The translations under genes were made by a program, and so were the position numbers. Below the pieces are notes generated by a model. That model saw nothing but the letters and a program-made list of their open reading frames with translations. It was not told the origin of the DNA and searched no databases. Shown piece by piece: positions 20,338 through 30,400 of a stretch of DNA of 64,000 bases (the stretch's first letter is position 1; the number at the start of each line of letters is the position of its first letter). Source of the DNA: Epithemia pelagica (lineage: Eukaryota > Protista > Bacillariophyta); NCBI GenBank assembly GCA_946965045.2, contig OX337241.1, positions 1,364,001-1,428,000 of the forward strand, read 5' to 3'.

Positions 20338-23300
20338 TTATTTGTCTTTGACGATGATCGTTTTCGTCCCTGGTTCGGTTCGTCTGCGCTGTTTCCCGAA
20401 TTGACATGCTGCGCACAAGGGTAAGTCGGTGAGTGTGGATGCGAGAGTGTGTAAACGACGCGTTTTCTCTGTTGTTGCCAAAACGCCTGTTCGCATGAGA
20501 AACTTCACCTTGAGAAGATTCATGTGTCCGAGTCGGTAATGCCATTTGAGAAGTTCCTTCTGTCCTGGTGAGAGGTTTGCGTTTTGGTGTGCGACTTCAT
20601 TCACAGTACTGTTGAAAGCGAGTGATGTTGTTTGTAAGTGGTCTGAATTGTATCCGTAGGACATTGGAAGATTGTTCTTCGGATTTACCATCACATTTAC
20701 CTCTCGGCGATCAGGGTCGCCTGGAATTCCAGTCAAGGTAAGTGTATAACCGTCCTGAATGATTTTCTCTCCATGGTACTGCTGAAGAAGATTTTGCGTT
20801 GACAACAATCTCACAGAAATTTTTGGTACATGGAATGCAGGAAGTTTCAACATTCGTGGAGCGCCATTCGTGTCCAAAACCGTCCAAAGGACAGTTCCTC
20901 GTCCAACAGCCTTCATTTTATTAGCAATACCTTTTACTTTCAGATCAGGGAAGGGCTTGATCTTTCCAATGAAGTCCTTGGCGTCGTTGGTAATGGAGAT
21001 ACTCGCTCCGGAGTCCCAGATGATTTGGTACGAGGCTCCTTTTGGCATGGATTCACGAAGAGCCTTTGGATCTTGGAGTGTTGCTCGAAGAGCCTGTAGG
21101 GTGATGTTCTCCCATGGGTGGTGTGTGATGGAGTCAAGGTCAAGATCGTTGATGGAGGCCATCATTGCCATCATGTTGTTTGGATTGAGGGAGGCTCGGT
21201 GATGATGAAATCGTGGTACAGGCCGTGTGGAGCATGGTACGTTTTGGCAATAATAGGGAGTGTTGCTCCTGTTTTCGGTGTTCGATCTCTGACGGTTGTA
21301 TCCCGCCAGATGTTGATGGGGATTTCCAGCAGAGATGGGGTGCTGGAAGCGACGAGCGCGAGAACGCAACAAACTTGTCTTTGTCGGCATTCGTCGGCTG
21401 GTCGGTAGCGTGGAGTCATTATGCTCGGAAGGTGTGTTAGCGAATGGCCCGCGGCTTCGCTTGTGCCTTCGAGGTGAACTCGAGTTGACCTTGAATGAAG
21501 TGTTCTGCCGTTTTCTCCCTCGCTTCGCGGGTATAATGGTTCGTAAGCTCGTAAGGCCAGCCTGACATAACGATGCCGACCATTCCAACAATCTACAACC
21601 AAACACAACAATCAACCGAATCGGTGTGGAGAACAAGGAGAAGAAGAAGGACCTTGTAGGGGAGTTGTGGTTGGTGGCAAAGTGGGTTCGGCGGTTGTTT
21701 AGCTGGGCACGAAAGGCATTGACCGAGATGGCGGTCCTTTGGGTGTTATTGGGGCGATTTGGTCCCTTGGCTTTGTTAGAGTTCTTGGATTTGGGACTGG
21801 ATGAGAGGCTGAAACTGAGAAAGATGGCCACCCAACAAGAAATCCATGTAACGATACCAGGCATGCAGCCAGGATGCAGCAAGAAGGAAACAGAAATTTC
21901 CTTGAATCCGCAGTAAGCTTCATAGACACCATAGTAGAGATGTACCGCGGCACTGTACAGGTGTCCTAGCCCATTTGTAAAGGCGTCCTTAGATTCCTCG
22001 GTAGTGGTTGGAGCTGGGATCAGCCAGAGGATGATCGGTAACAAGACAACAAAATGTAGAAGGGCGACCAAGAAAAGATGCTGAAGAGAGAAAGTTTCGT
22101 CTGAAAGCTCCTCGACTGGCGTGCGCGCCGGTCGTCGTGGGGTACGCACGTGTCCAAAGGTGAAAGGTGCATAGTAGACTTCTACGCATTTTCCTACCAT
22201 TGAGCCTCCTACTGTCTCGTCCACAGTACAGTTGGATCCGTCCGAAGTGTCTTGGGGGTCAGTGTCTCCTTCATTTTGTTGAGAAGTGGCAGGTTGTGAA
22301 GCCTCATCTTCATCATCGTCGAAATCGACACAAGCGAGATGGGCAAAATACTTGGTGAGTGCCACTGTCTTGTTCGAGTCATCATCATCATCCGTCTTGT
22401 TTTCGGGTTCCGAGGGAACATATCGTTCGCCTAGCGTGTTGGTTGGAACGAAAGAGGAGGATGAGTTGCTTGTTGAGTCATCTGTTATCGTGCATTTGTT
22501 CTCACGGAATGTTGTGAGTTTTGTTGCAGGAGTGAACTGCATCGCTGATCCAGAGCTGGAGGTGTCCATCGGTTGAAAACAAGGAACCATCGGGCCTGGT
22601 GGAATGGGCGACATTCCAGGAAAGCAAGATGCTGGTCGAGGGTGATTCGGAATGGGCATTCCATCAACGAAGTATCCCATTGCCCATTCCTCTTCTTTGA
22701 CACGTTGGTATGCCTCAGCCACGGTAAGTCTCGGCTCTCGCCAAGCGTTTGCGAACACGGTTTTGGCTGCTCTCTCGTACCTCATCCCATCTCTTTTTGC
22801 TTGCTCTGCTTCGAGAATGATATGCTGCATTGCATATTTTGTCGATGCAGGGATGCTCAGGCGTCGTCTTGGAGGAGGAGGCGGCGAAGTCGGATCGTTC
22901 GGAGAAAAGGGCAAGGGAGCATTTGGCCGTGGTGGCAGAGGTCGTGCCTGATGGATTGGAGAGATGGCTGGTAGTTTCTTTTCCAGACTCGCCAATTGTC
23001 CAGCTTGGAGATGCTTGATTGCATCGGTCGATGTGTCCGTGCTTGTTTCAGGAGTTTTGTAAGTGAGATCTGTCTCTTCACTTTCCATTTCGTCGTAGTT
23101 CTCATTGATTGCTGCTGCTGCTGTGATTTCTTTGTCGTACATGTCCTCGAGAAATCGTTGGGTTGCAGCGTCATTCAATGGATCGAGCGGATCGTCATCA
23201 TGGTTGTTTGTCATCATGAGATCCATGTTATCCCATTGATCAAAGTATGTTGGTCCCTTGTTCTTGGATGGCTCGACGACTGGAAAGGTAGGCTCAAACG

Positions 23301-23694
23301 TTCCAATGGTACTGGTTCCTGATGAGTCTTCCATATCATTCTCACTGAACTGTTTTTCTTTAATGTTGGCTGAAGTGACACGATCCGGTGTAACAGCTTG
23401 GTGAGTGGTGTTGGAGAAGAGCGAGCTTGAATCTTCATTGGACTTGGTTTCTTCATACCTTTCTTCTTTGCTTTCTTCGTCTTCTTCAAAGGAGGCCATG
23501 AAGGCACAAAGTTCGTATTCCTCATCAGGTGAGTCGTCACAGTGGTCGTAATCGTCGTCCTCTGAGTTGTCTTCACAGAACTCATATTCTTCCTTGTCCA
23601 TTTCTCTGACAATGTCCTTGTCCCAGTAGCGAGAATGGAGGTCGAGTTCTGCTTTCCAGGCCGTTGCGTCAAACTCAAGAACATGAGCGGATGC
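20338..23694 (-). pseudogene. Element A extra region (acidic, TM-bearing) plus aspartic protease and GAG-pre-integrase
   Basis: IIWDSGASISIT at about 21013, KWHYRLGH and CAACQFGK. About 880 codons of unrelated sequence precede the protease in the same frame. Confidence 0.88.
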
Positions 23695-25314
23695 TTAATG
23701 TTTCTGTTGGTTCTTGTTGTTCTTGGCCATGGATTTGAATCCAACAATATGCTCGCTAGTACGATGCGTGGTGTTCCAGATCTTGCAAGTGCCGCACCAG
23801 AAATATGTTTGGCCGTCTTTGGTACGTTCATCCGGCTGGCCATCTGCAGGGGGAACACGTTTCCATTGGTGAGTAGAATCGTTTTTGGGTGTGGAAGAAG
23901 GCTTGTCCGTTTTGCCTTTGAACTTGTTGTTGCTCTTGCTCTTCCCCTTCTCACGAAAACTGTTCTTGCTCTTACCATACGTTTGCATCTGAGGGATGAA
24001 GGCATTGGCTTGGTAGCCGATACGGGTCTTGCCACGGCGATTGTTTGTCACTGTCAGGTTCCCGCCATAAGAAACAGGTAAGGCCTTGCTGTCCTTGTGG
24101 GAGCTTTTTGCACTCCATTCGCCTTGCTTGACACTAACAAGGTACCGGTTGTTGGCGATCTCGGAGACGTGCGTGTACAGGAGCTTGTTGGTGCTCATGT
24201 AGGAGTCAGCGACGGAACGATCGAGAAAACGGATGTGTTCTACGGCGTCTTTGACTTTCTTGTTGAGAATCAAGAGGTCAAATTTTGGAGTTTCCGGCCA
24301 TTCAGCGGTGAGGATGTTCTTGAGGAGATTCGCGGTGAGGGTGTGGTCATAAAGACCAGCAGCCGAAAGAGGACGTGCCTTGTTCGCGAAATCAGTGGTA
24401 AGTGCGGTAATGTCGTGTCCTGAGTACTGTTGTGGTACCAGACTGCGCATCTCACCCTTTACCAGCTCCCAATGTTCGATGGAGTCGTCCGTAATGATGC
24501 GGACGATTACCATAAAGAGGACGGGAAACGAGTTCGCAGAGCGGGATTGGTCCTCTACTTCGCGACAAAAGGTTTTCTCGAGAGAATCGAGTAAGTAGTC
24601 CTGAGCCGCTGCGTCGTTGTTCTGATCGTACTTATCGTAATTTTGGATCTGCACTGCCATCAGGTCCTGGACGCGCTCGTTGGTGAAACGAGGATGCTCT
24701 GTGATGATGTTGATCATCGATGTGGAGTTCTTGGGGTCAGGTAAGTACACAATCGTGTCCATCCCATGTTTGACAAAGTGCCGATTGAGCTCATCCTGCA
24801 ATCGCGAGAAATCGCCTTTCTTCCTGTCAAACTTGTCAATAGGTCCAGTTACGCGGTCGATGTACCGCTTGTCTGTTAAGGTACGTAACTGGAGACTCCT
24901 GAGAGGTTCTGTCTTGGCTGAGTCATCTAACTTGGACCAGTCATGTGTCGGTTTTCCTCCAGTCCAAACGACGTACTCGTCACGTCGGGACTGCACCAGT
25001 CCGCCCATGATGGGCTTGTCTGGCATGAAAACGTCCGTGTTTTCTTGTGGATCGTCGTTTGCTGCCATGATTCGTTGCTGTCGCCTCCTGGATCTCGATA
25101 CACCAATCAACGGTCTTGTCCGATCTGTTTCTGATGTGGCAGTTCGCGTTGGGTCGGTCTCAGGTGGAACAATTTGCAATGGTCGAGTGGTCTCTTGCTG
25201 GGATTCGCGTTGGGCGTCTGGATCGGCAGTTGGATCACTGTTCGGTGCTTCTAGAGGGTCGACGGTCTCTTGCTGGGGATCTGAATTGGAGTTGGTATCA
25301 CTGTCCGAATTCAA
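23695..25314 (-). CDS. Element A Gag (the stop at 23695 is a nonsense mutation; AAA in the second copy)
   Basis: CoDi-like Gag (HGMDTIVYLPDP, HQWKRVPP) with a zinc knuckle-like WCGTCKIWNTTHRTSEH. Confidence 0.9.
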   Translation of the reverse strand: MNSDSDTNSNSDPQQETVDPLEAPNSDPTADPDAQRESQQETTRPLQIVPPETDPTRTATSETDRTRPLIGVSRSRRRQQRIMAANDDPQENTDVFMPDKPIMGGLVQSRRDEYVVWTGGKPTHDWSKLDDSAKTEPLRSLQLRTLTDKRYIDRVTGPIDKFDRKKGDFSRLQDELNRHFVKHGMDTIVYLPDPKNSTSMINIITEHPRFTNERVQDLMAVQIQNYDKYDQNNDAAAQDYLLDSLEKTFCREVEDQSRSANSFPVLFMVIVRIITDDSIEHWELVKGEMRSLVPQQYSGHDITALTTDFANKARPLSAAGLYDHTLTANLLKNILTAEWPETPKFDLLILNKKVKDAVEHIRFLDRSVADSYMSTNKLLYTHVSEIANNRYLVSVKQGEWSAKSSHKDSKALPVSYGGNLTVTNNRRGKTRIGYQANAFIPQMQTYGKSKNSFREKGKSKSNNKFKGKTDKPSSTPKNDSTHQWKRVPPADGQPDERTKDGQTYFWCGTCKIWNTTHRTSEHIVGFKSMAKNNKNQQKH

Positions 25315-25520
25315 CCAGTCGAAGCTTCCAAGTCCACTTGAGGTCGGGGAGATGTCGTCCGCCGTTGTGGATTCTTGGTTGGGGCCTTGATTGGCTCCAG
25401 TAGTATTTGCGCGCTTTGGATGCTTGGTAGGGACGACTCAGTGGTAGTCCTCCAAGGTAGTTAACTTCTTGATAAATCGATCGATAGAGAGAATAGCGTA
25501 TGGTTTATCAGCCTTGATTT

Positions 25521-25533
25521 GGGCTCAGCAACC
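25521..25533 (-). promoter_or_regulatory. Primer binding site of element A, half-tRNA-Met type with one extra base
   Basis: GGTTGCTGAGCCC abuts the 5' LTR (GGTTGATGAGCCC in the second copy). It resembles the GGTTATG(G/A)GCCC PBS of copia elements primed by the tRNA-iMet 5' half. Confidence 0.6.
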
Positions 25534-26254
25534 ACTTAGGATATCTGCTAGCTAGGTGTGATAACGACTTGATAATCGGGGTTAGTTCAGTTGGGTAGCA
25601 ATGTTAGTCAACCTATCACGTTGGATCGACGATGGGGCCCTCACCTTCGGTCTACGATATAGGTTGACTCCTTTTGTAGACAACAGTTGCTTGCAACTTT
25701 TGTGTTTTAGAAAAGAGTGAGATTAATCTACATGAAAGTGATTTTCAGGTCTGATCGATCTCCGATCTCAAGGAGAACTTAGCCGCTCCATTTCTCTCTT
25801 GGAGAATAGTTCTTCCTTGTTCTTTTTGTTCTTCATGATTAGATGAGAGTATTCACCTCTCCTGATTGTTTGGGCCTTATGAATGTTCTTTCTAGAAGGT
25901 ACTTACCTTTGGAACAGGCCTGCTAGATCATCTGAAGATCGATCGGTATCTTTGTGTAATTCTCAATTTGAGAGAGAAGATATTACGACTAGAGGTATCG
26001 TCCAACTTGCGTTCGTATAAGCGGATGTGTAGGCTCGCGACTTGCATTGAGCATGTATATGAATAATTAGTACATGAATCTTCCTGGACTGCTGGGTGAA
26101 GTTACTATTCAGCTAAATCCATCTGTTGTTCGTCCGTTCAACTGCAACACGAGCGTCTGTCTTACTTCAGGACAGCTGCTTTCCTCTATGTCGTAGCTAC
26201 GTCGTGCTATGTCACACCTAGATCTAATGGTGCTAGATGTGCTATGTTGTAACT
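25534..26254 (-). repeat. 5' LTR of element A (721 bp)
   Basis: Direct repeat of 14544-15264; inverted relative to 60561-61281. Confidence 0.96.
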
Positions 26255-26664
26255 TCGCACAGCCAGTACGCTGTGTATGGTGGGGGGAGAAGAAAGGCTG
26301 CCAGAACAGAAGTTCGGATTTCGGATGCGATGTTGGCGTTTTTGGATTGAGTTGGCTTCAAGGAGTGTTTGTTGGCGGTGGATATGTGTGGACAGACCAG
26401 TGAGAATGGCATGGCCGAGTGCAATTTTGGAGCAGGCAGAGAGGGACAAGTGGGCCGAAGCGAGTGGGTGAGGATCTGGATGCTTGGAGGACAGGGGTTG
26501 GAACTCCGAAGGGAGCATGGTCAGGTTTTTCGGGCATTGTTGAAGGTTTTGATAAAGTTGGAATGCCTCAGGCTGGGGTGTTGCTCTGGTCGGTGACATG
26601 CCAAAGTAGTGGTCGGTCCAGAGGGGGTGGGAGTGGGGACCGGTGAAGGTGGGCTTGGGAAAAA
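26255..26664 (-). pseudogene. C-terminal segment of the CRE-like non-LTR element, stranded between elements A and B
   Basis: Continues ...GIGSFASTLLF from 34145 in frame as PKPTFTGPHSHPLW... once element B and one AAAAA are removed; paralogous to 36191-36547. Confidence 0.8.
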
Positions 26665-27448
26665 TGTTAGAATTCTCACTGTCTATGGTGGTTAGATTCT
26701 ACATCTCATCGAATCCCCATGTCACATAGCCCCGTGCTATTGCATCATGCCACCTAGCTTCGAGCTATGTTCCCTAGCTTCGCGCTATATCGACCTATAT
26801 TTCTTCGCAAATCATGAAAAGTGAGAATAGATTGACGAACTCACTCTCAAGACTAAACTGGGTCGTGCGGTATTACAACGGACGTAAATTTGGCCGTTGC
26901 TCGGACATTATACTAACGCCCTAAGCGTACGCGCCCGAAATCATCGAGCGCGCCCAAGCGACATCCGAGCGTCGTCGGCATCTATCCGACCCAACGGTCT
27001 AAGTATCCCAAGCACGACACACGATCACGCGAGACCATATTTCCATTCCCACAATCTCCAAATTGTCAACAAGCTGCGTGCCATGAAAACAACTATGCCA
27101 ATCCAAAGCAAGAGCTGTTGACCCTGTATATGTTATCCGTCCACATATACATGTCATATACATCACATGAATCAACTCCAACTATTCCAAACCTGTTGCC
27201 GCCAAGAACCTATGACACACGACCCTTGGCAGGACCGAACATTTCACGTAGACCTATCGTAGTAATCAACACACAATCTAACAATATCACCATTTATCAC
27301 ATCCTCTTTTGTGTCCTGACTATCCTTTTGATAGACTACAACTTGCTTTCCTCTCTTACCCGTGGAGAGGTTTGTATCGGTTGGTGACTACCTGATTGTC
27401 TGCTCTACCGAGCATCAACGCCACTGCAATTCCAAGAGAATTGTAACA
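26665..27448 (+). repeat. 5' LTR of element B (784 bp)
   Basis: Near-identical to 33361-34144. Confidence 0.96.
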
Positions 27449-27465
27449 GATTTTCTTGTGGTTTC

Positions 27466-30400
27466 ATGGATACTAACGAGCTTATCACTCCTGTACGACA
27501 GATTTATCGAGCCAACCTGCATTCCGGGCAGCCCGATACCCTGGTGCAGCAGGAACTGGTGCCGACGCCGAAGGCAGCCAACACATCGGTCAACATCTCC
27601 GTCGACAGTTCCAACAGCAACCCATTCGAGACTCCAGCCCAGCCTCACGCTCCGATCCCTGCGCCGTTGCTTCGGCCCCCGAGTCCGCCTCGTCGGCTCG
27701 TCCTTTCTCGATCCCGTCGTACCACCCGGTTGATTGCTGATCATATCAAGTACTTCCGTCAACCAACTTCTTCGACCTTCTGCCAATTCTTTACAAAGGA
27801 TTTAGCCGACTACTTAATGAAGTGGATGAAATACCATGGTTTTGAGAACATTACCCATGTTATCTCGTATATGCAAACTAATACCGAGGAATCCATGAAC
27901 GAACTGACCCAATACAAGGTCAACAAACAGACACATGATCTACAAGGCCCCACAAGACAGCAGATCAAGCTCTTGGCTTATTGGGCCATATACAAGACCA
28001 ATGAAATTCAAGACGAGCTATCCAATAGCGACTGGATGAACCTAACGAAGAGAGAGTTCAACACTTGGAGGATCAATACAGATTTCTCTAAGGGACCACC
28101 TAGCCAAGTTCCAGTCTCGCCAATGAAGTCACCGTCATCTGCGAAATCTGTCAGCACAGTTACTGCCGCATCCCAATCTCAACAAGACCTTACGGCATTC
28201 AGAAAGGGAACTAAGCGCGATGCGACTGCGTACGAGGTATTCAAGGATGAACGATACTACGATTCATTCTGGCGTGTATTCAAGACTACAGCTAAGGCCC
28301 AAGGCCTATCCAACGTTCTGAATTTCAAATACACACCACCCCAAGATGATGAGTATGCCAAAGAACTTTTTCAAGAGCAACAAGTATTTCTTTACTCCGT
28401 TCTTGTCCGTATCATTCAAACTGACCAAGGTCGAGCCTATGTACGTGAACATGAACATGATGAAGATGCGCGTGCCATATTGCAGAAGTTACATTCTTTG
28501 CATACCGAATCCAACCTAGCAAAACGAGAAGTCCTCCGTTTAACCAACTACATTTCCAATCTACGTCTTGACGACACATGGCGCGGAACAACACGTCAAT
28601 TTCTTCTACACTTTCAAGAGCAGCTACGTTTGCTAGACAATCTAGTGACATTGTCTGATCGCATCCCTGATCATACCAGGATGACCTTCCTCATGCAAGC
28701 TGTAGAAAAGGTACCTGATCTCCGCCGAGTCAAGATCTTGGATAATGTGGTGAACACCAAATCCGGTGCAAAATCCCTTTGCTATCAATCATACTTCCGT
28801 CTTCTTCTGGACGCAGCTTATGACCACGATCAAGCAACCCAGTCATCTGTTCATAGTTGCCGTCGACATGTCAAACAACATGAATCCCTATATGGCAAAG
28901 ATACAGATGCTGACATAACCTCACAAGATGATATGGAGTATCATGTCCACAACACCAAAGTGACATCTGAATCTCCATCCTCTTCGTCCAAGGTTAGTCT
29001 ACCGCGTGACCTCTGGTTTAAACTTTCTGAAGAAGATTGCAAGTTGATCATTGAGTACAACAAGATGATTCAAGCACCTTCATCAACAACGCCAAGGAAA
29101 GTGCAAACACATGCCCTTGACATTGATCCGGAACCTGATCCTGACCCCAATCAAGTTACATCTGATGACGACTCACCTGGCGTAGCCTCTGAGCATTCAG
29201 ATGATTCAGATCCGGTTACACAATTTATCAACCAAGCCATGACGACTGATATCAATCATCCGGCAACTGACCTGACTAGTGTTCTTTCTAACACCAAGTC
29301 TAAGACGAGCAAAAAGGTTACTTTCAAAGCCAACATGCATAGACAAGCAGGACATGCTCCGCGCTACTTGTTTTCCAGGAAATCTACCTTACCAGGCAAT
29401 CAATTGATTGACCGTGGTGCTAATGGAGGACTTGCTGGTTCTGACATGTGCATCCTTTCTAAGACTGGCCGTCATATCACTATTGTGGGTATTGATAACC
29501 ATGAACTAACTGGACTTCCTGTCGTCACATGTGCCGCAAAGTTTGAGACCAATGATGGACCTATTGTCGGCATCTTCAATGAATATGCTTATTATGGAAA
29601 GGGCTTATCTATCCATGCTCCTGGTCAATTCGAGCATTTCGGACTTGCTGTTGATGAACGATCTGTTAAAGTTGATGGTAAACAACGCATCACTACACTT
29701 GATGGTCGTGCTATCCCCCTTCACATCAAGGATGGGTTAGCCTACATCCACTCCTTGGGTATCCCCAGCGACAATGACATGAATACCTTACCTCAGATCA
29801 TCTTCACGTCACCCGACACATGGGATCCTGGTGTTCTGGACCATTCGCATTCTCCCACACCCTCTGACAATGATCCTAATTGGAAACACGTCAAGACTGA
29901 TGGTAGTATGTCGAATCATCCGTATGACAACTATGGGGAGTACACCGATCGTGTTGTTTGCAACCTCAATCTCCTTTTGGATCTCCCATACGATCATGGA
30001 CCTGACGACGCACCCTTCTTTTCTATCTATGCTGACGCAGAAGGTAATGATCCTACACTTCATGCCTCTGTCCACCGTCGTTACCAGGAAGCGTATGACT
30101 GGAAGAAGTTCCGTCCATTCTTTGGTTGGCAATCTGAAGATGTTATTGCCGATACGTTCAAGCACACTACACGTAATGGTAGCATTACTTTTGACCACAA
30201 CACCCTCAAGAAACATTTCAAGGCTCGCAATCCGGGCCTTAATATACCTCGACGTCATGAACCCGTTGCTACTGACTCGGTTTTCTCCGACACCCCTGCT
30301 GTTGATCATGGTGGTAAAGTCGCACAAATCTTTGTTGGTCGTGATACTCTGGTTACTGATATCTATGGGATCAAGTCGACCAAACAGTTTGTCAATACTC

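Larger units (their letters stand above)
14544..26254 (-). mobile_element. Ty1/copia (CoDi-like) LTR retrotransposon A, full length, with a nested mariner insertion
   Basis: Two near-identical 721-bp LTRs; 5-bp TSD TCGCA at 14539-14543 and 26255-26259; domain order Gag-PR-IN-RT-RH; PBS and PPT present. Confidence 0.96.

Noticed and set aside
23214-25403. Alternative-frame and antisense ORFs (273, 148 and 236 aa) conserved at 61412-63604
   Set aside because: Conservation simply reflects near-identity of copies A and A'; they overlap Gag and show no motifs.
27449-27465. PBS or self-priming site for element B
   Set aside because: GATTTTCTTGTGGTTTC matched neither a tRNA 3' end nor the half-tRNA-Met motif by eye, and I found no complement in the LTR. 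Left uncalled.
26897-27786. Small ORFs duplicated at 33593-34083
   Set aside because: They lie within the LTRs of element B; the duplication is the LTR itself.
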